NCBI GenBank assembly: GCA_001275005.1
Contig: JWZX01002786.1
Span: 1 to 35,755 of the forward strand
Source of the DNA: Chrysochromulina tobinii
Taxonomy: Eukaryota
Length of the DNA stretch: 35,755 nt
Direction: 5' to 3'
The translations under genes were made by a program, and so were the position numbers. How positions within the stretch are numbered: the first letter of the stretch is position 1; each line of letters begins with the position of its first letter. The notes beneath the pieces were generated by a model that made no database searches, had not been told where the DNA came from, and saw nothing but the letters and a program-made list of their open reading frames with translations. Of the stretch, positions 20,967 through 29,952 are shown piece by piece.

Positions 20967-21694
20967 GCGGCCGCGGCCGTCGGGTTGTCGCTGCTCGGGC
21001 GGGGCTCGCGTCGGTATGGTCCCTCAGTCGCGAGTCAGCGGACCGAAACCACTCTCATTGCGCTGTATGAGTGCCGCACGTTCTTTGGACCTTGCTCCTT
21101 CGACATTCGTCATTGGCTCTTGCGGGCCGGGGACGACGACACGACTCACCCCACGAGCACACAGAGTCGAAAGACGAATAGGAGGGGCCGAGGTGCGCGC
21201 TGCATGTGGCTATAGCCCTATGGTACGGCCGGCTTAATCGATAATCCGGTTAAGAACCTATTTTTTAACGACCGGTCGCGCGCATCTTTGACAGACTGCA
21301 GTCCTATAGGTTCGTCGTTTTTGTTGAGATGCGACTTGAGATGGGACACAGTTTGATCCCGGCTCTACACGTACCCCTTACACATCTCCGAGCCGAGCAC
21401 GCCCGAGGTTCATGCGGCATGTCCGCGGCTCGTGCATCTCAGAGCGGTCCTCAGCAAACCCACTCAGCATGGGTGTATGCCTGCCTCGCGCCGTCGCCTT
21501 GCCGGTCGACTTCCCGGTCGCTCCAATCCGACGGCGGGCGGGCGCCACGGGCCCAGCATGGCGCCTTCCGGCCACGAGGCCATACATGCCAAGCCTCGCC
21601 GACCTACATGCGCGACGTCGCTCCACGCCATCGGAGCTCTTCTCATCAAAGCAGTGCGTCCAGTTAGGGTCGCGGCGCTCGCTCGTGCATCGAT

Positions 21695-22309
21695 TTAGTT
21701 GCGCTGCAGCGAGCGGATCTCGTCCTCCTGCCGGCGCAGCTGCTCCTTGAGCCGCGAGACATCGTCACCTCCGGAATCACTGCCCGACTGCTGCGACTTG
21801 AGGCCCTCGATCTTGGCGTTCTGCTCGGCGAGCGCGCGCTGCAGCATGGCAATCTCGGCCTGGTCGCGGCCGAGCTCCTGCTGTGTGCGCAGCTGCTGCT
21901 GCAGGTACGCCTGCCGCTGGTTCTCGCGGATCAGCGTCTCCGCCAGCGACAAGCCCAGGTATGCGCCAGGAGAGATGCCGAAGCCGCCGCCGTAGCCGTA
22001 GCCGCCGTAGCCGTAGCCACCGCCGTAGACGACCGCGGGCGCCGGCGAGACGTACACGTTGGTCGTGCGCGACACAGGCGCGCGCGCGGGCGCCGCGCGC
22101 GACACAGGCGCGCGGCCACCAACGCGGCCGCCTGACCGGCCAGCGGCGAAAGCCTCATCGACGGGGGCCATCGTGAGCAGCGCAGCGAGCATGGCCGCGC
22201 CAAACGCCTTGGCAGCCTGCGGTGTCGTAGAGAGCGCCTGCGGCTGGCGCGGAGCTGGGAGCGGCGCCTGGAAGGCGAGCAGACCGACAGCGAAGGAGGC
22301 GATCGCCAT
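21695..22309 (-). CDS. Probable plastid/thylakoid Gly-Tyr-rich protein with SGGRVGG motif and C-terminal coiled coil
   Basis: MAIASFAVGLLAFQAP..., hydrophobic AAMLAALLTMAP..AFA (lumen-peptide-like AxA), AGRSGGRVGG, YGGGYGYGG, Gln-rich helix. Confidence 0.7.
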   Translation of the reverse strand: MAIASFAVGLLAFQAPLPAPRQPQALSTTPQAAKAFGAAMLAALLTMAPVDEAFAAGRSGGRVGGRAPVSRAAPARAPVSRTTNVYVSPAPAVVYGGGYGYGGYGYGGGFGISPGAYLGLSLAETLIRENQRQAYLQQQLRTQQELGRDQAEIAMLQRALAEQNAKIEGLKSQQSGSDSGGDDVSRLKEQLRRQEDEIRSLQRN

Positions 22310-22484
22310 GTTAAGTGTCGCGGATTCTCGATGACCACGAGTTGACGACGCGATTAACTCTTGCGCGACATCGAGTTCGTCAAAAAGTGACGCATCTTCG
22401 TGACGGGCAAGCTCGATCCACAAGTTGCATCGAACTTGCGGCTTCGATCATCTCGCGTTGCGAGATCCCGACGCGCCGATAATA

Positions 22485-23174
22485 ATGGACACACTTTGGT
22501 GCGCCGTGTTTGGCGCTCTGCTCGCGCCCGCGCCGCGGTACGCGCCCGCCCGCATGCAGTTCGGCAACTTCAAGAACCCGTTCGCATCCAAGAATGATGG
22601 CGCGACCACCATCGCTCTCACGATTGGGTTCAACGTTGCAGACCGTGGACAGCGGTCCGTGCTCGGCCAGCTGGATGCGATCGCCGCCGACGCGGACACA
22701 TCGACCAGCGAGGGCATTGCCCGGCTGTGCGGCGACACGTCACTTGCACTCCTCCGGCGCCGCAGCGAGTGGGTCTCGTGCAGTGGCACCGTCGCGCACA
22801 GGGGCACCGACGACGACGCTCTGCTCTTCTTTGACAGGCTCGTAATCCAGGAGGCGGCCAAGTTTGACGATCGCGATAGCAGCACCACCATCGACGCGGC
22901 GCTCTCTGCAGCGGGCCTTGGCGCGCGCAGCGCACCGCCGACGCTCGCCGTCGTCTGTGTGATCGGTTGCGTGATGGGCGATCGCGAGGCGCAGCTCGGC
23001 GGCACCTCGTTCTCGGGCGATGCGGCCAGGCTGCAGACGGCGCTGCAGGAACTCGCCGCGGCGGCCGAGGGCGAGGTGTTCGCCTTCGAGCTGCTCTGGG
23101 TGCCCGGCGGCGACGACGAGACGCTCGACGCGGATGCGGTCATGATCGACTGGCCAGAGCTCATGCCGTGTTGA
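22485..23174 (+). CDS. DUF1517 (FLAP1-like) core-domain protein, probably plastid-targeted
   Basis: LDAIAADADTSTSEGIARLCGDTSLALLRR, FDRLVIQEAAKF, LQTALQEL, AFELLWVP...TLD...DWPELMPC match the DUF1517 pattern as I recall it. Confidence 0.8.
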   Translation: MDTLWCAVFGALLAPAPRYAPARMQFGNFKNPFASKNDGATTIALTIGFNVADRGQRSVLGQLDAIAADADTSTSEGIARLCGDTSLALLRRRSEWVSCSGTVAHRGTDDDALLFFDRLVIQEAAKFDDRDSSTTIDAALSAAGLGARSAPPTLAVVCVIGCVMGDREAQLGGTSFSGDAARLQTALQELAAAAEGEVFAFELLWVPGGDDETLDADAVMIDWPELMPC

Positions 23175-23595
23175 GAGATAAGAAAAGGGCTTCTCGCGGG
23201 GCGCACCGTGGGTCCGTGGCGCGCCGCCCACCGGAGCGGAGCGTGTCCGTGGAAGCGTCTGCCCGCGCCCCGCCGCCGTATTGACAATATAGTGGCCGAT
23301 CATAAGATCTGTTAGATCGATGCAGCTTTGCGCGCTCTATAAAGAGCGACTCTACGTACTAAAATATACACCAAGGACGACACGCGACCGGGCGCCGCAG
23401 TGTCAGTGGCACGGCTGGGGAGTGGGGACTGGGGAGTACGGACTAGGGTACACGCCGAAGCGGTGCTGGCGGTCGGATCCAGACGTCTACACACTACAGC
23501 TGAGCAAGAGATCCAGCCTTGAGGCCCGACGCACAATGCGCACAGCGCTGGCCAGGGCCTAGTGAAGGGCCCAAGGGGGCGACGTTCGTTTCTGG

Positions 23596-24099
23596 TCAAG
23601 CAAGCTTCGCCTCTGGCATCAGCGTCAACGCCTGGCCGATGCACATCAGCTCGACCGCCCCCACCACAGGCCCGGTGATCGTGCCGGCTGGGAAGCCGAC
23701 GTCCATCGCCTTGCCGTTTTTGTAGAAATGGAGCGAGCCCTCGTCACAATTCATTCGAACCCCAATCCGGTCTCCAACCACAAACGCACGCTCAATGGGT
23801 GTCTGCTCAACTCCGTCCAATCCGCCATGGAGTGTGCCCTCATCTGTCCGCAGATACCACGCACCGGCCTTATGGTGACCGCCCTTCTCGACGTCGAGGC
23901 CTTCACGCCCGACGCCCACGTACATCATCCTGTTGGCGTTGGCGTTGGCGGCAGCCGTGAAGACGAGTTCCCATGTGTGTACCCCATGTGTCAGCACCTC
24001 ACCGTGGGCAGCGTGGCGTGGGTAATTTCCACCGCTCGTCTTCCTGAGCGTCAACCCCTCGGTTTCCATCGTCTTTCCCAGCCGCGTCCAGCCAGGCAT
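23596..24099 (-). CDS. Stand-alone SPRY/B30.2-like domain protein, 167 aa
   Basis: GVHTWEL, MYVGV, AWYL, GDRIGVRMNCDEGSLHFYKNGK. Confidence 0.8.
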   Translation of the reverse strand: MPGWTRLGKTMETEGLTLRKTSGGNYPRHAAHGEVLTHGVHTWELVFTAAANANANRMMYVGVGREGLDVEKGGHHKAGAWYLRTDEGTLHGGLDGVEQTPIERAFVVGDRIGVRMNCDEGSLHFYKNGKAMDVGFPAGTITGPVVGAVELMCIGQALTLMPEAKLA

Positions 24100-24180
24100 C
24101 GCAGCTCCACCGCGGCGAGCGGACGTGCGTGCGTGTGCGAGTAGCCGACTTCGTCGATCGGCGAGTACCCGAGCGCATCT

Positions 24181-24210
24181 GTCAAGTCAAGTCAAGTCAA
24201 GTCAAGTCAA
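24181..24210. repeat. (GTCAA)6 pentamer repeat in the divergent SPRY/Aha1 intergenic region
   Basis: Six perfect GTCAA copies. Confidence 0.9.
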
Positions 24211-24407
24211 AAGGTCCCGTTTCACGTCTGTAAGATTGTTCACACCTTCTGATCGTTCACGGCGCAGGGTCCGCCACGCGGCCGCCATGTCAAGATAAGT
24301 GACAACCACCCGGACTGAACTTGACACGTGGCATTGGCTCTCCAGCGTAGGAAAACCTTTGCGAGCGCGTAGTGCGCTCGCCGCTGCTCTCGCGCGGCGC
24401 CGCGCGC

Positions 24408-25124
24408 ATGTCGTTCATTCAACCCGAGGTGCTCGCGACCTCGACGGCCTCGAGCGCCGCGGCGGCCGCCGCCGCCCAGGAGGAGCTCAAGCGCAAGCCA
24501 ACAGACCACCTCTACTGGGCGAAGACATCGTCCGTGAACGCCGCGCCGCCTCCAAAGCAGCTAACTGACGAGGAGGCGAAGCAGCTGGAGGCATCATCGA
24601 GCGGTGCGGGCGGCTCGGCCTGGAACAAAGGTGGCAACACGTGGGAGGAGAAGAAGATCAACACGTGGGTGCACGAGCTGCTCCAGTCAGAGCTGCTTCC
24701 GGCGATGGCGTACAAGCTGCCGACCGCGAGCACGAAGCTGCCCTCGATGCCCGCGGACGAGCAGGGCTTAGCGCCGGATGGGCTGGCTGTGCGCGTGGTG
24801 AGCGCGGACAAGGTGACGGGCGACTGCACCTACGTCCTCTCGCGCGGCAAGCAGCGTGTCGTCTTTGAGCTCGAGCTTAGGATCAAGCTCGAGGTCGAGG
24901 TGAGGGCAGCCGGTAAGCTGCAGACGATCGTCACAGGGGTGCTGCACGTGCACGAGGTGACCAACGACGATCTGACACAGCCCAAGCTGCCCGACGCCAA
25001 GCTCACATGCGACCAGGGCGCGGAGTGGCAGTCTGCCTTCGAGTATGCCGCCAAGCAGAGTTGGCCATCACTCAAATCGGGGCTCGAGGCGCTCGTGGCA
25101 CGGGCGAAGGAGAAGTGGCGCTGA
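24408..25124 (+). CDS. Activator of Hsp90 ATPase N-terminal (Aha1_N) domain protein
   Basis: SAWNKGGNTWEEKKINTW, VTGDC..VLSRGKQRVVFELEL. ATG at 24408. Confidence 0.8.
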   Translation: MSFIQPEVLATSTASSAAAAAAAQEELKRKPTDHLYWAKTSSVNAAPPPKQLTDEEAKQLEASSSGAGGSAWNKGGNTWEEKKINTWVHELLQSELLPAMAYKLPTASTKLPSMPADEQGLAPDGLAVRVVSADKVTGDCTYVLSRGKQRVVFELELRIKLEVEVRAAGKLQTIVTGVLHVHEVTNDDLTQPKLPDAKLTCDQGAEWQSAFEYAAKQSWPSLKSGLEALVARAKEKWR

Positions 25125-25755
25125 GAGGCGGCGCGCGGCGCGTGGGCCGCGGGCGCACGGGTGGGTGGACGGATGCAGCCGACCTCAAGCTGTGGCAGGT
25201 AGCGGCTGAGGCCGAGTGGCAGCAGCGGCGGCAATAGCGGCGGAGATAGAGCGGCGCACAGCGGCGGGCGGTGGAGGCTAGTAGAGAGTGAGTGCCGCGG
25301 GCGAAGCGGCAGGCAAGGCCTCGCCGGCTGGAGAGGTGGCAGCCATCCGTAGGAACAACAGTAGCAGAGCGCCAGAGCCGACGAGTGTAGCGGATGGCGG
25401 ATTCGCTGCGTTCGCACACGCGTATCCCCGATTATGCAGGCAGCGCCACATGGCGGCCGCCGAGGCGCGTTCGCGAGGGTGTTTGTGCAGCGTAGTTGTG
25501 AATGCACTGGAGTACAAACTAAATGAGAAAACGCGACGGATAACAGCGAAACGCCGAGACTCCTGGCGGCCGCATTTTGGATTTTCGAGTCAGTGTATAA
25601 GTCAAGTCACTTCATGAACAACAGACAACCTAACAGGAAGATTATCGAATGTGGACTTGACTTGACTTGCAAGTTCAAGTTGAACTTGACTTGCAATTTG
25701 GAGGCGCCGTCTCGGCAAAACTTACCTGTCGTGTCATGGGCGCCAGAGTGGTGCG

Positions 25756-28700
25756 ATGAAAGCGCTGAGAGCCTCTCTCGCCGGGGACGCCCAGGTTGGA
25801 CACGTGAGAGCCGCTTCCACTGGGGACGCCAAAGTCGGCGCGTTGGGCCCATTCACCAAGTTGACGCGCAGTCGGAGCTTCATCACACAATGGAAGTCTG
25901 CACATGCAGCACTCGTCCAGGAGCGCGACGAGGCCAAGGCCCAATCAGAGGCCGACGCTGCCGCCGCCCGAATGTACCAGTTGCAAGCGGAGAACATGGC
26001 GACGAAGCTCGAGGCAGCCATCGCGGCGCAGGCGCAGCTGCAGCGCCAGCTTGCGCAGCTGACCGCGCAGCTGGAGGAGGCCAAGGCGGCCTTCAAAGGC
26101 CGGCCGCCGCGGCAGCTGTTTGTAGAGGCAGTCCAGCGGAACTCGTCAGCGCCGGCCCAAAGCGCGGAATCGCCGCGCAAGCAGGCCCTACGGACGCTGG
26201 GACTTCGGACACCTCCATCGGACAAGCTGCCCCAGGCGCCTGAAGGAGCTCCCTGCGCGAGCCCAATGAGCGTCGCCCCGAGCGCACTCGTCTCCAGTGG
26301 TGGCACCAGGTCGCAAGCAGTTCCACCGGCGAGCGAGGTGGTGCCAGCGTCCCCGGCCAAGGGTGCGAGCGGTGCACCCGATGGTGCCGGCACGGTGAAG
26401 CGCCTCTCTCGCGAGTTGGCATCCACACTCTCTCCCGCGAAGCTGGCGCCCAGTGCTGGCCAAGTGCGCGGCTCCCCGTTTCTGGTCGCGAAGGGCGCGC
26501 GCTCGAGCGACGCGAGCGCGCCGCCGCCGCGCCAGCCTCCAGTGGTTTCGAGCGGCGGCCCGGGCGAGGGTGGCGGCGCGATCTCGCCCACCGAGATGAG
26601 CTTCATCCAGCTCAAGAAGTTTCTGTTCTCTCATCCGCGAGTGCCTCGTGACGAGGTCTCCGGGGCGACGAGCCGCGCACCGCTGCTGGCCCTCGTCGAC
26701 AAGTACGGATTGGGCTCTGCCTCGGGCTCTACCTCGGGCTCCACCTCGATCTCGGGCTCTATCTCGATCTCGGGCTCTACCTCGGGCTCTACCTCGAGCT
26801 CCACCGCCAAGGCAGCGGACACGAGCGCGGCTGCAATGGCACCGCCACCCAGCACGGGCGCTGCCAGCACGGGCATCGCCAGCATGGGCGTGGCGCGTGA
26901 GGGGGGGGCGGTGCGACCACGGTACTCCGCGTTAGACGAGGCTCCAAGTACTGCCGACGCCGTTGAGTGGGAAGAGGCGCGAAGGATGAGCAATGCAATC
27001 CAGACACTCGCGCGCGTACGAGCAGAGAAGGCGTTGCAGGTGGAGGGCTCGCTGCTGGCTCTACCTCGACCGTTGCAGGCGGAGGGCTCGCCGCTGGCGC
27101 TACAGGCGGAGGGCTCGACTGGATTCTTGCCTACGGCCCCAGAGAGCAGCAGCCGCACCGAGAATGTGATTGAGAGCAGCCCGCCTGCGGCACCGGCTGC
27201 GACGATTGCTGCGGCGCCGTCGCCGGCAGCAGCAACGGCTGCGCCAAAGGCAACAGCAACAGCGCCGGCTGCGGCAACGGCTGCGGCAATGGCCGTGGCG
27301 ACTGCTGTGCTGCCGGCCGCGGCGCCGCCGGCGACGGCACCGGCTGCTGTGCAGCCGGCCGCGACACCTTCGTCTGCTGTGCAGCCGGCCAAGGCTCCGT
27401 TGTCTGCTGTGCAGCCGGCCGCGACACCCTCGTCTGCTGTGCAGCCGGCCGCGACAGCTGCAGCGACATCGACACCGGTCATGACAAGTGCTGTGACGCC
27501 AACGCCGGCGAAGGAGGAGGTGTTGACGGAGGAGGCGCGGAGGCAGGAGGAGCAAGGGGATTGGCTTGGGCAGGCTGTGGGCGCGCTCACGGGGTTGTTC
27601 TCACCACCGCCCATGCCCGGCGCCGCCGCCGCCACCGCCTCCTCGGCAGGCCCCTTGATTCCCCACAACTCCACTAGGATCGCTCGACCACCCACACGGA
27701 TGGCCGTTGGCTCAGGTGGCTCGGCGGCGCAGGCCGACACACCAGTCTGCCTCGACTTGCGAGGCACCCGCCAGCGTCGCAAGGCGTCCGCGTCGCGCTT
27801 CCTCGCCTCGGAGCATCGATTGAGTGATGACGAGCGCCGCTCGCTTCGTCGGCTCTGGGACGTGGCCGCACGCGCGGGCACGAGTGAGTGGCTTCGTCAC
27901 CGGCCCCTCTCCTCTCTCATTGAGCAGCTCCGGCATAGCGCGTGCGGCCTCGACGGCATCGATGCGGCCGGCCGAACGGCACTCATCATCGCCTCGGCCA
28001 ACGGCCACACCGACGTCGCCAAGGCGCTCATCGCGGGCGGTGCCGACCTCGAGAAGGTCACTTTTGGAGGCGAGACGGCGACGATGGCGGCGTGCTCCAA
28101 TGGGCACGCGGACACGTTGGCGCTGCTGCTCGACGCGCGCGCATCGGTCGCGATGGTGCCCGCGGGCGCTCATGACGGCGCGAGCCTGAGCTGCCTTGCG
28201 CGTGCGGCCAAAGGCGGCCACCTCGACGTCGTGCAGCTGCTCCTCGCTCAACGAGCCGAGTCGCTGCAGCCAGAGCTGCTGTGGACGCAGGAGTTGAATG
28301 GACACAGCGCGGGCAAGGCACGCGAGGGCACCGAAGCTCTTCACACTCACATTCACATTCACAGCGAGGGCACCGAAGCTCCGCGCACCGCGCTGCAGCT
28401 GGCGCTGCTCGGAGGTCATCTCGAGATCGCGCTTGCATTGCTCGACGCGGGCGCCACGTGTGATGTGCTCTCGGCCGCCTCCCTCGGGTTCGTCAGTGTG
28501 CTCGAGGGCGCGAGCTCGGCGGAGCTCGCGGCGCGAGATTTGGAGGGGCACTCGACGCTCGCCCTCGCGGCCTCGTACGGCCATCCCTCTTGCATCTCGT
28601 TGCTCCTTGGCAAGCGCGTTGACGTTGAGGCCCGGGATCAGGGGGGCTCGACGGTGCTCATGGCCGCGTGTGAGGGAGGGCACGCTTCTGTCGTCGCCCT

Positions 28701-29343
28701 CCTGTTGAGCTCCCTCTCCGGTGCCCATGGAACGGTCGGGCTGACGCGCGCGCTCCAGGCCCAGAATGACGATGGCGTGACGGCCCTGCATCTTGCGGCT
28801 GCGCACGGTCACCTCGAGGTGGTGCAGCAGCTGCTGCAGGCGGCGAGCGGCACCGCGGACGCGCTCAGCACCGCGCTCGTCAACCAGTGCGACCGGTGGC
28901 AGAGGACGGCACTGTTGCTCTCGATCTCGCGTGCCAGATCACTCGATGTCGCCATCGAGCTTCTCGCCGTCGACGGGTGCGAGGTCGATGCTCCCGACTG
29001 CTTCGGGTGCACGCCGCTTGGAGTGGCCGCGGCCGCGGGCGTGACCGAGCTCGTTGGCGCCCTTTTGTTCGCGCGCGCCGACCCGAATCGACCCGACCGT
29101 GCGGGCGAGACTCCTCTGATGGTCGCGGCCAAGGCTGGCAGGGACGGGGTGGTGAGTACCCTTCTCGCGCTCCCGGGCCTCCAGGTCGAGGCGCTCAACT
29201 GCGACGGGCAGAGTGCGCTCATGCTCGCGACGAATGAGGCGCACGAGGGCGTGGCCGCCATGCTCGTGCGCCGAGGCCGACGCGCCCCAAACAGCCCCGA
29301 GGATAGCACCGGCAGCTCACCCGGCAGCGAGCTGTGGATCTGA
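25756..29343 (+). CDS. Ankyrin-repeat protein with N-terminal coiled coil and long Ala/Pro/Ser/Thr low-complexity region
   Basis: Multiple ANK repeats: GRTALIIASANGHTDVAKALIAGGAD, GVTALHLAAAHGHLEVVQQLL, GETPLMVAAKAGRDGVVSTLL. Confidence 0.85.
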   Translation: MKALRASLAGDAQVGHVRAASTGDAKVGALGPFTKLTRSRSFITQWKSAHAALVQERDEAKAQSEADAAAARMYQLQAENMATKLEAAIAAQAQLQRQLAQLTAQLEEAKAAFKGRPPRQLFVEAVQRNSSAPAQSAESPRKQALRTLGLRTPPSDKLPQAPEGAPCASPMSVAPSALVSSGGTRSQAVPPASEVVPASPAKGASGAPDGAGTVKRLSRELASTLSPAKLAPSAGQVRGSPFLVAKGARSSDASAPPPRQPPVVSSGGPGEGGGAISPTEMSFIQLKKFLFSHPRVPRDEVSGATSRAPLLALVDKYGLGSASGSTSGSTSISGSISISGSTSGSTSSSTAKAADTSAAAMAPPPSTGAASTGIASMGVAREGGAVRPRYSALDEAPSTADAVEWEEARRMSNAIQTLARVRAEKALQVEGSLLALPRPLQAEGSPLALQAEGSTGFLPTAPESSSRTENVIESSPPAAPAATIAAAPSPAAATAAPKATATAPAAATAAAMAVATAVLPAAAPPATAPAAVQPAATPSSAVQPAKAPLSAVQPAATPSSAVQPAATAAATSTPVMTSAVTPTPAKEEVLTEEARRQEEQGDWLGQAVGALTGLFSPPPMPGAAAATASSAGPLIPHNSTRIARPPTRMAVGSGGSAAQADTPVCLDLRGTRQRRKASASRFLASEHRLSDDERRSLRRLWDVAARAGTSEWLRHRPLSSLIEQLRHSACGLDGIDAAGRTALIIASANGHTDVAKALIAGGADLEKVTFGGETATMAACSNGHADTLALLLDARASVAMVPAGAHDGASLSCLARAAKGGHLDVVQLLLAQRAESLQPELLWTQELNGHSAGKAREGTEALHTHIHIHSEGTEAPRTALQLALLGGHLEIALALLDAGATCDVLSAASLGFVSVLEGASSAELAARDLEGHSTLALAASYGHPSCISLLLGKRVDVEARDQGGSTVLMAACEGGHASVVALLLSSLSGAHGTVGLTRALQAQNDDGVTALHLAAAHGHLEVVQQLLQAASGTADALSTALVNQCDRWQRTALLLSISRARSLDVAIELLAVDGCEVDAPDCFGCTPLGVAAAAGVTELVGALLFARADPNRPDRAGETPLMVAAKAGRDGVVSTLLALPGLQVEALNCDGQSALMLATNEAHEGVAAMLVRRGRRAPNSPEDSTGSSPGSELWI

Positions 29344-29385
29344 GAGGGATCTGAGAGGCACACACGAGCACTCACGAGCACACTG

Positions 29386-29471
29386 TGGGAACGCCGATCG
29401 CGGCGACAACAGACGAGTGCAGTGGACACTGGGAACGCCGATCGCGGCGACAACAGACGAGTGCAGTGGAC
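29386..29471. repeat. 44-bp-period tandem duplication downstream of the ankyrin gene
   Basis: tgggaacgccgatcgcggcgacaacagacgagtgcagtggac at 29386 and 29430. Confidence 0.85.
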
Positions 29472-29846
29472 TCCTTACTTCAGCGTAGATGTTATTGCGG
29501 GAGTCACTCTCCACTCACCTCTCTCCCGTCCTGAGAACTATTGTATACGACACACGTACTATGTTAATCACACCGAAACTTGTTCATAATTGGTTTGCCA
29601 CACACCGTGCACACGGCGGTTACGTCTTACGTCGTGCGGTGTATTGGCATCCTACCCTACGATGCGGTATGAACTATCACCGACCCGACACCCGCACGCG
29701 CGCCACTGTGCTGTTGCCATGCCCTGGCGGGCGTGCGTCGAAAAGATCAAGTCGAGAGTTCCTAATCATAAATCAAGACGTGCACATAAGAGATAAGCCC
29801 GTCTTCGAAATGGTCATCGGAGGCCAGCTATACCCATCACAGTCTT

Positions 29847-29952
29847 GCGCAGCGCTTGCCTGTACAGCAGGGAGCGCGCAGCGCTTGCCTGTACAGCAGG
29901 GAGCGTTGCTTGTATATTGCTTGTATATTGCTTGTACAGCAGGGAGCGTTGC
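29847..29952. repeat. Nested 29-bp and 11-bp tandem repeats directly after the LRR gene stop
   Basis: gcgcagcgcttgcctgtacagcagggagc x2 and ttgcttgtata x2. Confidence 0.8.

Noticed and set aside
20985..21690. Several short ORFs between the plastid-type genes
   Set aside because: No motifs and no consistent codon bias, as expected by chance in ~65-70% GC DNA.
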